DNA from: Trueperaceae bacterium
Lineage (GTDB): Bacteria > Deinococcota > Deinococci > Deinococcales > Trueperaceae
Length of the DNA: 64,000 nucleotides
Assembly (NCBI GenBank): GCA_965215565.1
Contig: CBDCDZ010000004.1
Location: forward strand, 32,001 to 96,000
Direction: 5' to 3'
Positions 12,001-20,658 of this stretch are shown piece after piece. The notes under the pieces are model-generated. The model was not told the origin of the DNA, made no database searches, and saw nothing but the letters and a program-made list of their open reading frames with translations. The number at the start of each line of letters is the position of its first letter. Position 1 is the first letter of the stretch. Position numbers and translations under genes: made by a program.

Positions 12001-14070
12001 TTCGGCGTCGAGAAGGTGACTGACGGTGACGCATACCAAAACGTCAATGACCAGGAAAACGCCTTCCAATTCGGCGTGGACGTGGACGACCAAAGTGGCG
12101 TCTTCACCATCGAGAGCCAGATTAACGGCCCCTTCTTCGACGGTCAGACAAGGCAAGACTTCCAGTCGCAAGGCGTTCAGATCGGCACAGGCACGCAGAG
12201 CGACTACCTCAAGCTCGTCTTGAACGGTAATAGCTTCCAGGTACTGACCGAGACAAACAATGGAACTGTCGCGAACACCTACCCCGTGAGCGGTGCGCTC
12301 AACGTGAGCGCGATTCAGCTCTACTTGGTCGTAGACCCGGCGGCGGGCACGGTGCAGCCGCAAATTGCGCTCAACGACAGCAACGTACAGAACTTGGGCA
12401 GCCCCGTACAGCTTTCCGGTAATTTGCTAGATGTCGTACAAGGCACCTACACGGTTCAGGGCAAAGCCTCCGGCTTAGCGGTCGGCGTCATCTCGACCTC
12501 GACGGGTCCAGGACCAGAGTTCTCCGCGAACTGGCAGTACTTCAAGGTCACTAAGACGCCTATGAGCGCGGCGAATCCAGCAGCGACCTTTGCGGTCAAC
12601 GAAGGCAGCAACAACTTCAACACCTCGACCTACGGCGCAAACTCGTTTGTGCTTACCAATACAGGCGACGTCAACATTCAAGAGGTGGTCATCGACACCA
12701 CCTCTGCCCTCTTTCCCGACTTGGTCTTCGACCCTATCGGCACGGGCGGCGACGCGGTGGCGAAGTGTCTCGATGTCAACTCGGAGTCAGGAGGCGACGG
12801 TAACGTCGGTCTCACTACGTCCGCGCCGGGGGGCTCCTCCTCGTCGTGCACGGACGGCTTTAGCAGCCCCAACTCTGACGGCGGCTGGCACGTTTTGACG
12901 CTCACCTTTGACGACTTCGAGCCGGGGGAGAGCGTCGGCTTCTCCCTCGACATGGACCCGACCAGCACGCAGGGGATGAATTCGCCTGGCGCGAACCACT
13001 CGGGGAGCGTGGCGGGGCTCGAGCTAACAGGCAGCACCGTCGATGTGACCTTCAGTAACGGCGCAGTTAAAGAGGGCGCACTCTTCGGCGACGGCTCGAA
13101 CTCTGGGGCAAAAACGTTCTTCAAACCGAGTAACCCGTCTGCGCCGAGCCTAAACGCTTCGTTCTCTAACAAAACAACGGTGAGCACAGCGTCTCAGACG
13201 ATTTCAGTATCCGGTGCTCCCTCGGGCGCAAGCGTCCAACTCTTGCAGGTCGAAGGTGGGCTCTTCAAACAGATTGGCGTGCCGCTTGTAGGTCTCGAGT
13301 CCTTCGAAGCGCATCACGCGGTCAATGTGAATTACCTCTCGGGCTCGAGCAACAACGTCACACTTACCAATATCGAAGAACCCGGCGGACCTGAACTTGA
13401 CCCCAATAATGGCACGGACTACAGCGTCGAAGACATCGGCCTCAACCACTTCGTCGCGCTCGTGCAAACAGGCGAAAACGAAGGCGTGCTCACCGAGGTT
13501 CAAGTCGTGCGCTATGAGCCGAACAGCGCTGTGACGTTCGACCCTGTGCGCATCAATGCGGGCGGCGCGAAGTACACCGACGCTAATGGCAACGTCTTCG
13601 AGGCGGACAGCACAAGCTCGCCTAACTACGGCGTCAACGGTAGCAAGTACGCCGTTGGTGGCGCACCCAAAATCGCCAACACAAATGACGATGTTCTCTA
13701 CCGCTCAGAGCGTTACGGCGGTAAAGGGAGTGCACCTGCGCTCGGGTACACCATCCCCGTCCCCGACGGCACCTACACCGTCACGCTGCACTTCGCTGAA
13801 ATCTTCCTAGGGGTGAGCAGCAGCGGCGCGTGCCCCTGTGAAGGCAAGCGCGTGTTCGATGTTCTTGCCGAAGGTTCAGCGGAGCTAAGTAACTACGACA
13901 TCTTCGCTACTGCCGACATCGCCAACGGCAACCCGGCAGGTAACGGACAGCTCTACGCCCTCACCGAAACCTTTGATGTAAATGTAACGGACGGCGTCTT
14001 GAACCTGAGCTTCGACCCAAGCGCGGACAACGCGAAGGTCTCGGCGCTCGAGGTCGTACAAGCACCCTAA
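8206..14070 (+). CDS. 1954-aa lipoprotein: cohesin-like, dockerin, malectin, ASH/Ig, sugar-dehydrogenase-like beta-propeller, Ca-binding DxDxDG repeats, C-terminal malectin
   Basis: Lipobox LAAC; ISYDPEQLEL..FALVSFKIK; GDLDQSSAVNVFD..GDLTANGAVDLFD; VLYRVNA..ERW..LYLSE..RIFDVAVEG; PTSLQFGPDGRLYV..YAPGFRNLYD; DNDNDD/DDDNDGIDD; RINAGG..LHFAEI..RVFDV. Confidence 0.88.
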   Translation: MNRHLLFILSMSLLVLLAACGRGGPRGDYLAVAFEVPANTVALEADISYDPEQLELLGAASAHKGVLAAAGTDRGQLKLNAVATDLTPKGRDFALVSFKIKQPGAKPEVKLLRAYNAQKEELDTPRSSMRRTERDLAADYDPEAQAQRTLNPQADSSDLDLQASFADYPLGDLDQSSAVNVFDVIDVIAVSLGSASSATDYQLYVGDLTANGAVDLFDVISVVEKSVNVNAPASLVVRPDVLELATGESGLILVGNAGNLPLNATLSSSTDAAISKLNNEVAGQTAAYEVVAGSKSGPIVVEGAGKKSVGLLVDGDTSGPTPGTVLYRVNANGSIPLSAADGSSPDWEPDASYVTDIGSTSTNTNGSNTTDLGPAPAAIFNSERWDAAAAPEMTYAFPDIPMSEIEVKLYLSETFSGASSVGARIFDVAVEGTVPTVFDNIDQYDLAGEQLNTPVVLSYTTFVSDGTLNLEFIHIEENPAVKGIEVLVAGPQTGQLGASPTSLEFGSVVTGESKTQSVTLTNFGGAGDPNIKVSGVSVSGDFSDDFGSSVTLAPGNTTSFDVTFSPDSAGSQSAQLEITHNAPNTPSPIVIDLSGEGVTDAVPTEPAFGTSTLSGASPIAPTSLQFGPDGRLYVSGRFGEIYIYTVERDGANDYQVTATETLQQVKNIKNHDDDGSLNTNNNSRQVTGLYIAGTADSPVLYVSSSDPRVGAGGGGQDKNLDTNSGVISRLTKTNSGWDHVQLVRGLPRSEENHATNGMQLDTVNNTLYVAQGGHANAGAPSNNFAFTTEYALSAAVLSVDLDAIDDLSTKTDSEGQKYKYNLPTLDDPTRSNSGGEDVNDPFGGNDGLNQAKLVPGGPVQIYAPGFRNLYDIVITQNGRMYGVDNGANSSWGGFPEYEESFDCTNNYLSGEPGSTGPGPNPSNYPSGITLLPGSDGQVDGKVNNKNGLHFIRPLNGEPYYGGHPTPIRGNPAGAGLWFNGTWYEPGNGNLPEDWPPVPEGYANPTECDFQNSGVDDTSIANYGPSTNGVTEYTASNFGGAMQGDILSVGYTGSGVIFRAILNAAGDEVETCTDILPSNCNVKLAEGFGKNTLDIAAQGDDGIFGGTIWVANIGGGISVLEPVDYDGSGTGGGSGGGTIAPNCQTIAAQNPNGDEDNDGYSNSDEADNGTNPCNPASLPSDNDNDDLSDLNDADDDNDGIDDVNDPFALDADNGTSIDLDVELTFEGQQDGGYSGLGFTGWMTDGSTDYLEQFDPEFILAGGATGIFGVEKVTDGDAYQNVNDQENAFQFGVDVDDQSGVFTIESQINGPFFDGQTRQDFQSQGVQIGTGTQSDYLKLVLNGNSFQVLTETNNGTVANTYPVSGALNVSAIQLYLVVDPAAGTVQPQIALNDSNVQNLGSPVQLSGNLLDVVQGTYTVQGKASGLAVGVISTSTGPGPEFSANWQYFKVTKTPMSAANPAATFAVNEGSNNFNTSTYGANSFVLTNTGDVNIQEVVIDTTSALFPDLVFDPIGTGGDAVAKCLDVNSESGGDGNVGLTTSAPGGSSSSCTDGFSSPNSDGGWHVLTLTFDDFEPGESVGFSLDMDPTSTQGMNSPGANHSGSVAGLELTGSTVDVTFSNGAVKEGALFGDGSNSGAKTFFKPSNPSAPSLNASFSNKTTVSTASQTISVSGAPSGASVQLLQVEGGLFKQIGVPLVGLESFEAHHAVNVNYLSGSSNNVTLTNIEEPGGPELDPNNGTDYSVEDIGLNHFVALVQTGENEGVLTEVQVVRYEPNSAVTFDPVRINAGGAKYTDANGNVFEADSTSSPNYGVNGSKYAVGGAPKIANTNDDVLYRSERYGGKGSAPALGYTIPVPDGTYTVTLHFAEIFLGVSSSGACPCEGKRVFDVLAEGSAELSNYDIFATADIANGNPAGNGQLYALTETFDVNVTDGVLNLSFDPSADNAKVSALEVVQAP

Positions 14071-14133
14071 ACCTTATCTCAGACCGAGGGGTGCCGCGTG
14101 CACTCCTCAGAAACCCAACGACCTAACTCTTGA

Positions 14134-15022
14134 AAAGGAAGGCCATGAACCGACACCTACTATTTATCCTAAGTATGAGCCTGCTCGTCTTGCTGGCTGC
14201 GTGTGGCCGGGGCGGACCAAGGGGCGACTACCTCGCGGTAGCGTTCGAGGTGCCCGCAAATACCGTCGCTTTAGAAGCCGACATCAGCTATGACCCCGAG
14301 CAGCTCGAACTCCTAGGCGCAGCTTCGGCGCACAAGGGCGTGCTGGCTGCCGCAGGCACCGATAGAGGCCAGCTCAAGCTCAACGCCGTGGCGACTGACC
14401 TCACACCTAAAGGCCGTGACTTCGCCTTGGTCTCCTTCAAGATCAAGCAACCTGGCGCTAAACCCGAAGTCAAACTCCTACGCGCTTACAACGCTCAAAA
14501 AGAAGAACTAGACACGCCGCGCTCAAGTATGAGACGCACCGAGCGCGACTTAGCAGCGGACTACGACCCCGAAGCGCAAGCGCAGCGCACGCTCAACCCC
14601 CAAGCCGATAGCAGCGACCTCGACTTGCAAGCGAGCTTTGCAGATTACCCGCTGGGCGACCTCGACCAGAGCAGCGCGGTCAACGTCTTTGACGTGATCG
14701 ACGTGATCGCGGTGTCGCTTGGTAGCGCGAGCAGCGCCACCGACTACCAACTCTACGTAGGGGACTTAACGGCGAACGGCGCTGTTGACCTCTTCGACGT
14801 GATCAGCGTGGTGGAGAAGTCGGTGAACGTGAACGCACCGGCGAGCCTGGTGGTGCGTCCTGATGTCTTAGAACTAGCGACAGGCGAGAGCGGGCTGATT
14901 CTAGTTGGCAACGCGGGCAACTTGCCTCTAAACGCGACGCTCAGCAGCAGCACGGACGCGGCTATCAGCAAGCTGAATAACGAAGTAGCTGGGCAGACTG
15001 CCGCCTATGAGGTGGTGGCGGG
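14134..15022 (+). repeat. 889-bp direct repeat, copy 2
   Basis: Same sequence as 8195-9083; diverges after GTGGTGGCGGG. Confidence 0.95.
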
Positions 15023-17915
15023 AACCAACGATGGAACCGTCACGGTAGAGGGTGCGGGTAAGAAAACTATCGCACTTTTTGTGGGCGAGCCAACGGACAT
15101 CCCCGCAATCACTCTTACCACTCCAGCGGACGGCGCAACCCTCTCGGGCGAGAGCGTGGACGTCTTCTGGGACATCACGCTCAAAGAGTCCGATGATCAC
15201 GTTCACGTCTATGTGGACGGCGAAAAGAGAGAGGGCTCGGTTGACTATAAAAACCCCTACACGCTCGACTTTGCGGATAAGAATATCGAACCGGGTCAGC
15301 ATGTGCTCGAGGTGCGCGTCTCAGATAAAGACCACAACGAATACACCAACCCAGCCGCCTCGGACAGCATTACCTTCACGCTCCAAGCGCCTACGTCGGT
15401 CAGCGACGTGCTCTACCGCGTGAACGCGGGCGGCCCTCAACTTGCTGCCAGCGATGATGGTCCAGACTGGGGTGCAGACACCGGTCAGTTCGGTAACGCG
15501 GGCAACAGCCCCTACCTCGTCGCCCATAGCACCGGTAGCTCGACCTATAATGGCAACTCGGGCAGCGCACATCCTGGCGCAATCGACACGTCCGACGCCA
15601 GCATCCCGACTGGTACGCCCACCGTGATATTTAATACCGAGCGCTACGATACAAGCGCAGCGCCGGAGATGCAGTGGGAATTTCCCGTCACCGCTGGAAC
15701 AACCATTGAGGTGCGCCTCTACTTCGCCGAACTCTTCAGCGGAGTGGACGCCGCCGGTGAGCGCGTCTTCGACGTCGAGGTTGAAGGAAGCGTCCCCTCC
15801 GTTTTCGGTGACATCGATCCTTTTGCTGTCGCCGGAGCTAAAGGTGCCTTTATACGCTCGCATACGCTTACGGTGACGGACGGAACTTTGGACATCGACT
15901 TCTTGCACGGCGTTGAAAACCCCGCCATCAAGGGCATTGAAATCATCGCCAGTAACGGCACTAGCAACGTGCCGCCGCAAGTCGATTCTATCGCTAACAT
16001 AACGAGCGCCGAAGGAGACGCGGCGAGCGACTACGACATCAGCATTGCAGCGACTGACCCGGACGGCCCTGGAAACCTCGAGTACAGCGCCACCGGACTG
16101 CCACCCGGCGTCGAGGTCGAGATGACGAACGGTCAACTCTTCGGGACGATTGCTGCGGGGGCCGCCGACAACAGCCCCTACGACGTGACGGTCAGCGTCA
16201 GCGACGGTGCGGACACCACGAGCGTCAACTTCACCTGGACGGTGACGGCGGAAACAGGTGGCGGCAACCCGTCCGCGACAATCAAGGTCACTTCGAATGC
16301 CGGTCTCTTCGCGAGCACCTTCGGCAACGACTCGTTCCAAATCAGCAACACGGGCGACAGCGACATCGAGCGCATCACCATCGACTCGAGCAGCACGTTC
16401 TTACCCGACGTCGTCTTCGACCCGGTGGGCAAAGCGGGCGACAGCGGCGCGAAGTGCCTCACAGCGGGTACAACGGGCAACACCGCCGCTCAGGTCGGTC
16501 TTATCTATCCGGCGAACGGCGGAAGCGACGCCGCTGACTGCGTCGATCCCTTCGATCAGCCTCATAACGGTACAAACGACGAGGAAGGCTACGACAAGCT
16601 CGACCTCATCTTTACGAACGGCGACGGCTTTAACCCCGGCGAGTCCTTCGCCTTCGGCGTGGACATGGACCCCACCAGCATCAAGGGCGACCAGAGCACG
16701 GGTGATGCGGGCTCCATATCCGGTTTTGAGCTGGTCGGTGCAACCGTGACGGTTGAATTTGCGGACGGTACGCTAACCTCGAGCCTCTGGGAAGACGGCA
16801 GTCTAGGCGGTTCGCAAGTGGTCGTCCAGCCCGGTGCGCCTACTGCGCCAAGTATCAGCGTGAGCGGTGTGTCGGCTCCCACTACAGTCACCGATGCAAA
16901 CCAGACCATCACCATCAGCGGTCCTGCGGACGCCACCGTCGCGCTGTTACGCGCTGACGCCCGTCTCTACATCGACGCAGGTGCACCAGGGGGCGGCACA
17001 GGCCATGACGTTGACCCCTTCGAAGCCAACGAAGTGCTCGCCAAAGAGGTCTACACCACGACGCTTGACGGCAGTGGTAGCGGCAGTATCAACGTCACGC
17101 TGACTCAAACCTCTTCGCTTAATGCTGGGCCCGACGCTGGAATCAACCACTTCATCGCGGTAGTCGAAGGGTCAGGAGAGCAGACCAGTCTGACCTCGAA
17201 CGTGATCGTTTTGGGCTACGCGCCAGATGACGGCGGTAATAGTGGCGGCGGGACAGGCTCGAGCGGCGCGTTTATTGAGCAAAACGGCCTCGTCGTCACC
17301 GAGATGGAATCCACCTCTAGCTTGCCTGGTAGTTGGAAGTCCGCCACTACCTATTCCGCCAGCACCTCGCCTGACATCAGTAATCTGGGCAGCGCGACGG
17401 GTGGAGACTTCATCGTTTGGCAGGGCGGACAGTTTTTGGGTAGTCCCGGCAATGGCTCGATTAGCTATCCAGTCAAGATCAATGCGCCGGGTACGTATAG
17501 GTTTCAGTGGCGTAGTCAGGTTGGTAACGGCTCAAACTCAACAGAGCACAACGACACCTGGCTTAAAATCGAGGCGGACAGCTTCTATGGTCAGAAGAAT
17601 TCAGGTATCGTCTGCCCGAAGGGTTACACTTCCGCCGAGAACGACTGCACCGGCAGCGTCCCCGAAGGTGGTGGTGGCGGCGGCTGGTTTAAGATTTATT
17701 CCAGTGGCACGGCGAACTGGACGTGGTCGACGAATACGAGCGACAACGACGCGCACCAAATCTTCGCTCGCTTCGACCAGGCAGGGGTATACAACATCCT
17801 CATTTCGGCTCGCTCTTCTTCGCATGTGATTGACCGCATGGTGCTCTACAATAGCTCCGTAAGTACGAGTGCAGCAACGAACATCAACAACCCCGAGTCA
17901 CCCCGCGAACAGTAA
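14145..17915 (+). CDS. About 1256-aa lipoprotein: cohesin-like, dockerin, Ig, malectin, He_PIG-like Ig and C-terminal beta-sandwich
   Basis: N-terminus is the same as 8206..14070 (true start ATG 14145 after AAGGAAGG). VLYRVNAGG..LYFAELF..RVFDVEVEG malectin; YSATGLPPG Ig. The STFGNDSF..DMDPTS domain is shared with the upstream paralog. Confidence 0.88.
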   Translation: MNRHLLFILSMSLLVLLAACGRGGPRGDYLAVAFEVPANTVALEADISYDPEQLELLGAASAHKGVLAAAGTDRGQLKLNAVATDLTPKGRDFALVSFKIKQPGAKPEVKLLRAYNAQKEELDTPRSSMRRTERDLAADYDPEAQAQRTLNPQADSSDLDLQASFADYPLGDLDQSSAVNVFDVIDVIAVSLGSASSATDYQLYVGDLTANGAVDLFDVISVVEKSVNVNAPASLVVRPDVLELATGESGLILVGNAGNLPLNATLSSSTDAAISKLNNEVAGQTAAYEVVAGTNDGTVTVEGAGKKTIALFVGEPTDIPAITLTTPADGATLSGESVDVFWDITLKESDDHVHVYVDGEKREGSVDYKNPYTLDFADKNIEPGQHVLEVRVSDKDHNEYTNPAASDSITFTLQAPTSVSDVLYRVNAGGPQLAASDDGPDWGADTGQFGNAGNSPYLVAHSTGSSTYNGNSGSAHPGAIDTSDASIPTGTPTVIFNTERYDTSAAPEMQWEFPVTAGTTIEVRLYFAELFSGVDAAGERVFDVEVEGSVPSVFGDIDPFAVAGAKGAFIRSHTLTVTDGTLDIDFLHGVENPAIKGIEIIASNGTSNVPPQVDSIANITSAEGDAASDYDISIAATDPDGPGNLEYSATGLPPGVEVEMTNGQLFGTIAAGAADNSPYDVTVSVSDGADTTSVNFTWTVTAETGGGNPSATIKVTSNAGLFASTFGNDSFQISNTGDSDIERITIDSSSTFLPDVVFDPVGKAGDSGAKCLTAGTTGNTAAQVGLIYPANGGSDAADCVDPFDQPHNGTNDEEGYDKLDLIFTNGDGFNPGESFAFGVDMDPTSIKGDQSTGDAGSISGFELVGATVTVEFADGTLTSSLWEDGSLGGSQVVVQPGAPTAPSISVSGVSAPTTVTDANQTITISGPADATVALLRADARLYIDAGAPGGGTGHDVDPFEANEVLAKEVYTTTLDGSGSGSINVTLTQTSSLNAGPDAGINHFIAVVEGSGEQTSLTSNVIVLGYAPDDGGNSGGGTGSSGAFIEQNGLVVTEMESTSSLPGSWKSATTYSASTSPDISNLGSATGGDFIVWQGGQFLGSPGNGSISYPVKINAPGTYRFQWRSQVGNGSNSTEHNDTWLKIEADSFYGQKNSGIVCPKGYTSAENDCTGSVPEGGGGGGWFKIYSSGTANWTWSTNTSDNDAHQIFARFDQAGVYNILISARSSSHVIDRMVLYNSSVSTSAATNINNPESPREQ

Positions 17916-17933
17916 AACGCCCCATAAACTCTT

Positions 17934-17968
17934 ACCTCTCTCCCCGTAAGGAGAGAGGTGTCTTTTTG
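17934..17968 (+). terminator. Intrinsic terminator of the lipoprotein operon
   Basis: ACCTCTCTCC-ccgtaa-GGAGAGAGGT followed by gtcttttt. Confidence 0.8.
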
Positions 17969-18329
17969 TACGCGGATGCAGGCTGTGACCTCTGCGCGTG
18001 AAGCGACTTTAGCAAACTATAGCAAGTATCATTTGGTTTGAGCCAGTCTCACATTAGAGAACTTGAGCGAACACGCGCATTCTTAAATGATGCTTGCGCT
18101 ATTCCAATTCAGTACTTCTGTGAACTGCTTTATTACACCAAACTGAAAGATTCACGTCACGTTCAATAGCTCACCGAGTTGCGAGATACCGAAGTGCCAC
18201 CAAGGGAAGTTAGTCATGAGTTCTGAGCGCTCTTTGTTGTTGGTGAATTGCTCGAGCGCTTGTCTGTGTCGAAGCGCCCGACAACTCGCAGAAGAGTTGT
18301 TTGGACAGTTCTGAAACCCTGAGCGAAGG

Positions 18330-18552
18330 GTGGCACCACCTCGCGGCGACCTATGACGGCAAGAGCCTGCGCGTCTACAAGAGCCTGCGCGTCTACGTCG
18401 ACGGAGAATTGAGCGGCGAGCGTGAGGTAGAGCCCACCGGCATTTCCTAGTGCGCCTTCGAGCTCTTTATCGGTACCGATTAGTATGCTCCTGAGCCTCT
18501 CTATACGGAGGGCGTCATTGACGAATTGCGGATTTACGACCAGGTGCCGAGC
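18330..18552 (+). pseudogene. LamG/ConA-like domain remnant
   Basis: WHHLAATYDGKSLRVY(KSLRVY)VDGEL..FIGTD*..GVIDELRIYDQ, with stops, a frameshift and an 18-nt tandem duplication. Confidence 0.8.
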
Positions 18553-18569
18553 CTCGGCGCTCAGGACGG

Positions 18570-18900
18570 TTTGGGAAGGGGACCAATCACCAGCGGCGTC
18601 TCCCTAGACGGGCGCTACGGCCTCATTATCTGCCGCGACTCGTCGTAGCTGTCAGTCGTCAACACGCAGAGTCTCTCCGCCGTTGAAAGCGTCAAATTCC
18701 CGGCGGGCAGCAGCCCGCTCACCGGCACCTTCGCCTATAGCGGAGCGGGCGAGACCTTCTTCGTCCCGCTACCGGGGCGGGACGCCGTAGCCGCGGTGAA
18801 GGTGCCGACCTTTGAGACAGAGCTCATCCCGGTCGGCGCGCGCCCCATGAGCGCGGTGTATTCCGAGGCGCCGCTGCCCGACCGGCAGACAAGCTTCGCG
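18570..18900 (+). pseudogene. YVTN/YncE-like beta-propeller remnant
   Basis: SLDGRYGLIICRDSS*LSVVNTQSL..GRDAVAAVKVPTFETELIPVGARPM with an in-frame stop. Confidence 0.55.
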
Positions 18901-19013
18901 CCGCGAGGGGTGGCGCTAGCAGCAGGTCGCACTTTTCCCGCGGGCTGTCCTGACCGCTGCTGTGGTCCTCTTTGAGACAACCGTAGATCGAGAGAGTCTT
19001 GTGTCGCCAAGGC

Positions 19014-19043
19014 AACGCGAGAGTTGCGCGCAACTCTCGCGTT
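19014..19043. repeat. Perfect 30-bp palindrome, REP-like
   Basis: AACGCGAGAGTTGCG|CGCAACTCTCGCGTT; related partial copies near 915, 2451 and 3801. Confidence 0.75.
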
Positions 19044-19220
19044 AGAGCTTATGCAAACTTCGGCCCGTAGTCATGCATAAGAATTTTGCGAATCCGAGGT
19101 AGGAAGCGATTAAAGAACTAGATACCTCACTGCAACTTATTCGATATAAACCGCCAATGATCGAAAGTGGAATTTATCCCATATCGTGAGCGGTCCCGAT
19201 CAAACAGGACTTAGTTTTCT

Positions 19221-20657
19221 CTAGCCCCTTAGAAGTTCTGCTAGATAGCGCGTCACGCCCAAGGCGAGGCTCGGAAAGATGCCAATGAGCAGGGTGCCTA
19301 AGACGCTCAGACTGAGCGAAATGACGTAGCTCGGTCGGTTGGGTAGACTCACCTTGACCTCGGGCTCTTTGAGGTACATCTCCACAACAGGCACAAGGTA
19401 GTAGTAGAGCGCTAGCGCGAAGTTTATTGCCGCGATGACAACGAGCCATACGAGCCCGTCCGAGAGCGTCGCTTCTAAAAGTAGCACCTTGCCCGCAAAA
19501 CCCGCTAGAGGTGGAACACCTGCGAGTGACAGCAACGATAGCGTGAGTGCAGCAGCGGCAAAGGGGGAGCGCTGCCCAAGCCCTCTCAGTCCATTGATGT
19601 GGTCGGTGCCGGTCAAGCGCTCTAACTGCGCCACCACCACGAACGCCCCCAAGTTCATAAAAAGGTACGCCGCTAAGTAGTAGCCCGTCGCGTCGAAGGC
19701 ACTCTCAACTCGCCCGGCAACGGCTACCGCCATCAGCACGTAGCCCGCTTGAGCGATGCTCGAGTACGCTAAGAGCTTCTTGAGCCGTGTCTGCCGCAAC
19801 GCTGCGAAATTCCCCAGGGTCATGGTTAGAGCCGCGAAAATAGCAACAGTGAGAGGCCACGCCGCCATACCATCTGGTAGAGCTAAGAGCAAAAAGCGCA
19901 GAAAGGCTGCGAATCCAGCGATCTTCGGTACGACGGAAAGAAAGCCCGCCACAGGCGCGGTCGTACCGCTGTACACATCAGGAGCCCAAAAGTGAAAAGG
20001 CACAATGGTGATTTCGAAGGCGTAGCCAATTAGGATCATGCCGAAGGCGACGGCAACCCAAAGCCTATCCGCACTACCTAAAGCCTGCCCAATAGTGCGC
20101 AGTTCCAAACTCCCCGTCAGCCCGTAGAGAAAGGTCAAGCCGTAGGCCATGACTGCCAATGCGACAGCGGCGTAGATGAAGTACTTGATGGTCGCCTCGT
20201 TCGTGCGGCGGTCTTTGCGGATGAGCGTCACAAGGATGTAGGACGCTAAGCTAAGCATCTGGAAGAAGAGGACGATGAGCCCCAGGTCGAGAGCTGAGCT
20301 AACCAGCATCGCTCCCAGGGTCGAGAAGAGCAGCGCAATGGCGGCGTGCCCCTCTTTGCCCGTATCGCGAAAATGTCCGTTGATGGCTAAAAGCGATAGG
20401 AACGAACCTAGTAAGATGAGCAACTTGAAAACGTTGCCGAAGCCGTCAAGTGCGTAGGTTTCACAGAAGACCGTCTGAGATTCCCAGGGAAGCATCCGCA
20501 CCGTAAACGCCATGGCTATTAAAAGCCCAAACGCCGCCACCCATACCGGGAGTTGCTGCCAACGTCCCTTTGCTAAGCCGGCGACGGGCACGAGCACCAA
20601 GCCTAACCCCGCTACGATAAGCTCGGGGATAATCGCCCACAGTTGAACGCAGCTCAC
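19221..20657 (-). CDS. nuoN: NuoN-like antiporter-type membrane subunit
   Basis: EATIKYF, VPFHFWAPDVY, KKLLAYSSIAQAGY and SLAGVPPLAGFAGK. Confidence 0.9.
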   Translation of the reverse strand: MSCVQLWAIIPELIVAGLGLVLVPVAGLAKGRWQQLPVWVAAFGLLIAMAFTVRMLPWESQTVFCETYALDGFGNVFKLLILLGSFLSLLAINGHFRDTGKEGHAAIALLFSTLGAMLVSSALDLGLIVLFFQMLSLASYILVTLIRKDRRTNEATIKYFIYAAVALAVMAYGLTFLYGLTGSLELRTIGQALGSADRLWVAVAFGMILIGYAFEITIVPFHFWAPDVYSGTTAPVAGFLSVVPKIAGFAAFLRFLLLALPDGMAAWPLTVAIFAALTMTLGNFAALRQTRLKKLLAYSSIAQAGYVLMAVAVAGRVESAFDATGYYLAAYLFMNLGAFVVVAQLERLTGTDHINGLRGLGQRSPFAAAALTLSLLSLAGVPPLAGFAGKVLLLEATLSDGLVWLVVIAAINFALALYYYLVPVVEMYLKEPEVKVSLPNRPSYVISLSLSVLGTLLIGIFPSLALGVTRYLAELLRG

Positions 20658-20658
20658 G

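Noticed and set aside
8195..15022. 889-bp repeat as an IS or as a DGR template/variable repeat pair
   Set aside because: It has no TIRs or transposase, no adenine-specific mismatches, and there is no reverse transcriptase in the window.
15321..16340. 339-aa antisense ORF and the many other shadow ORFs over long genes
   Set aside because: These are expected from GC-rich codon bias opposite real genes and carry no motifs.
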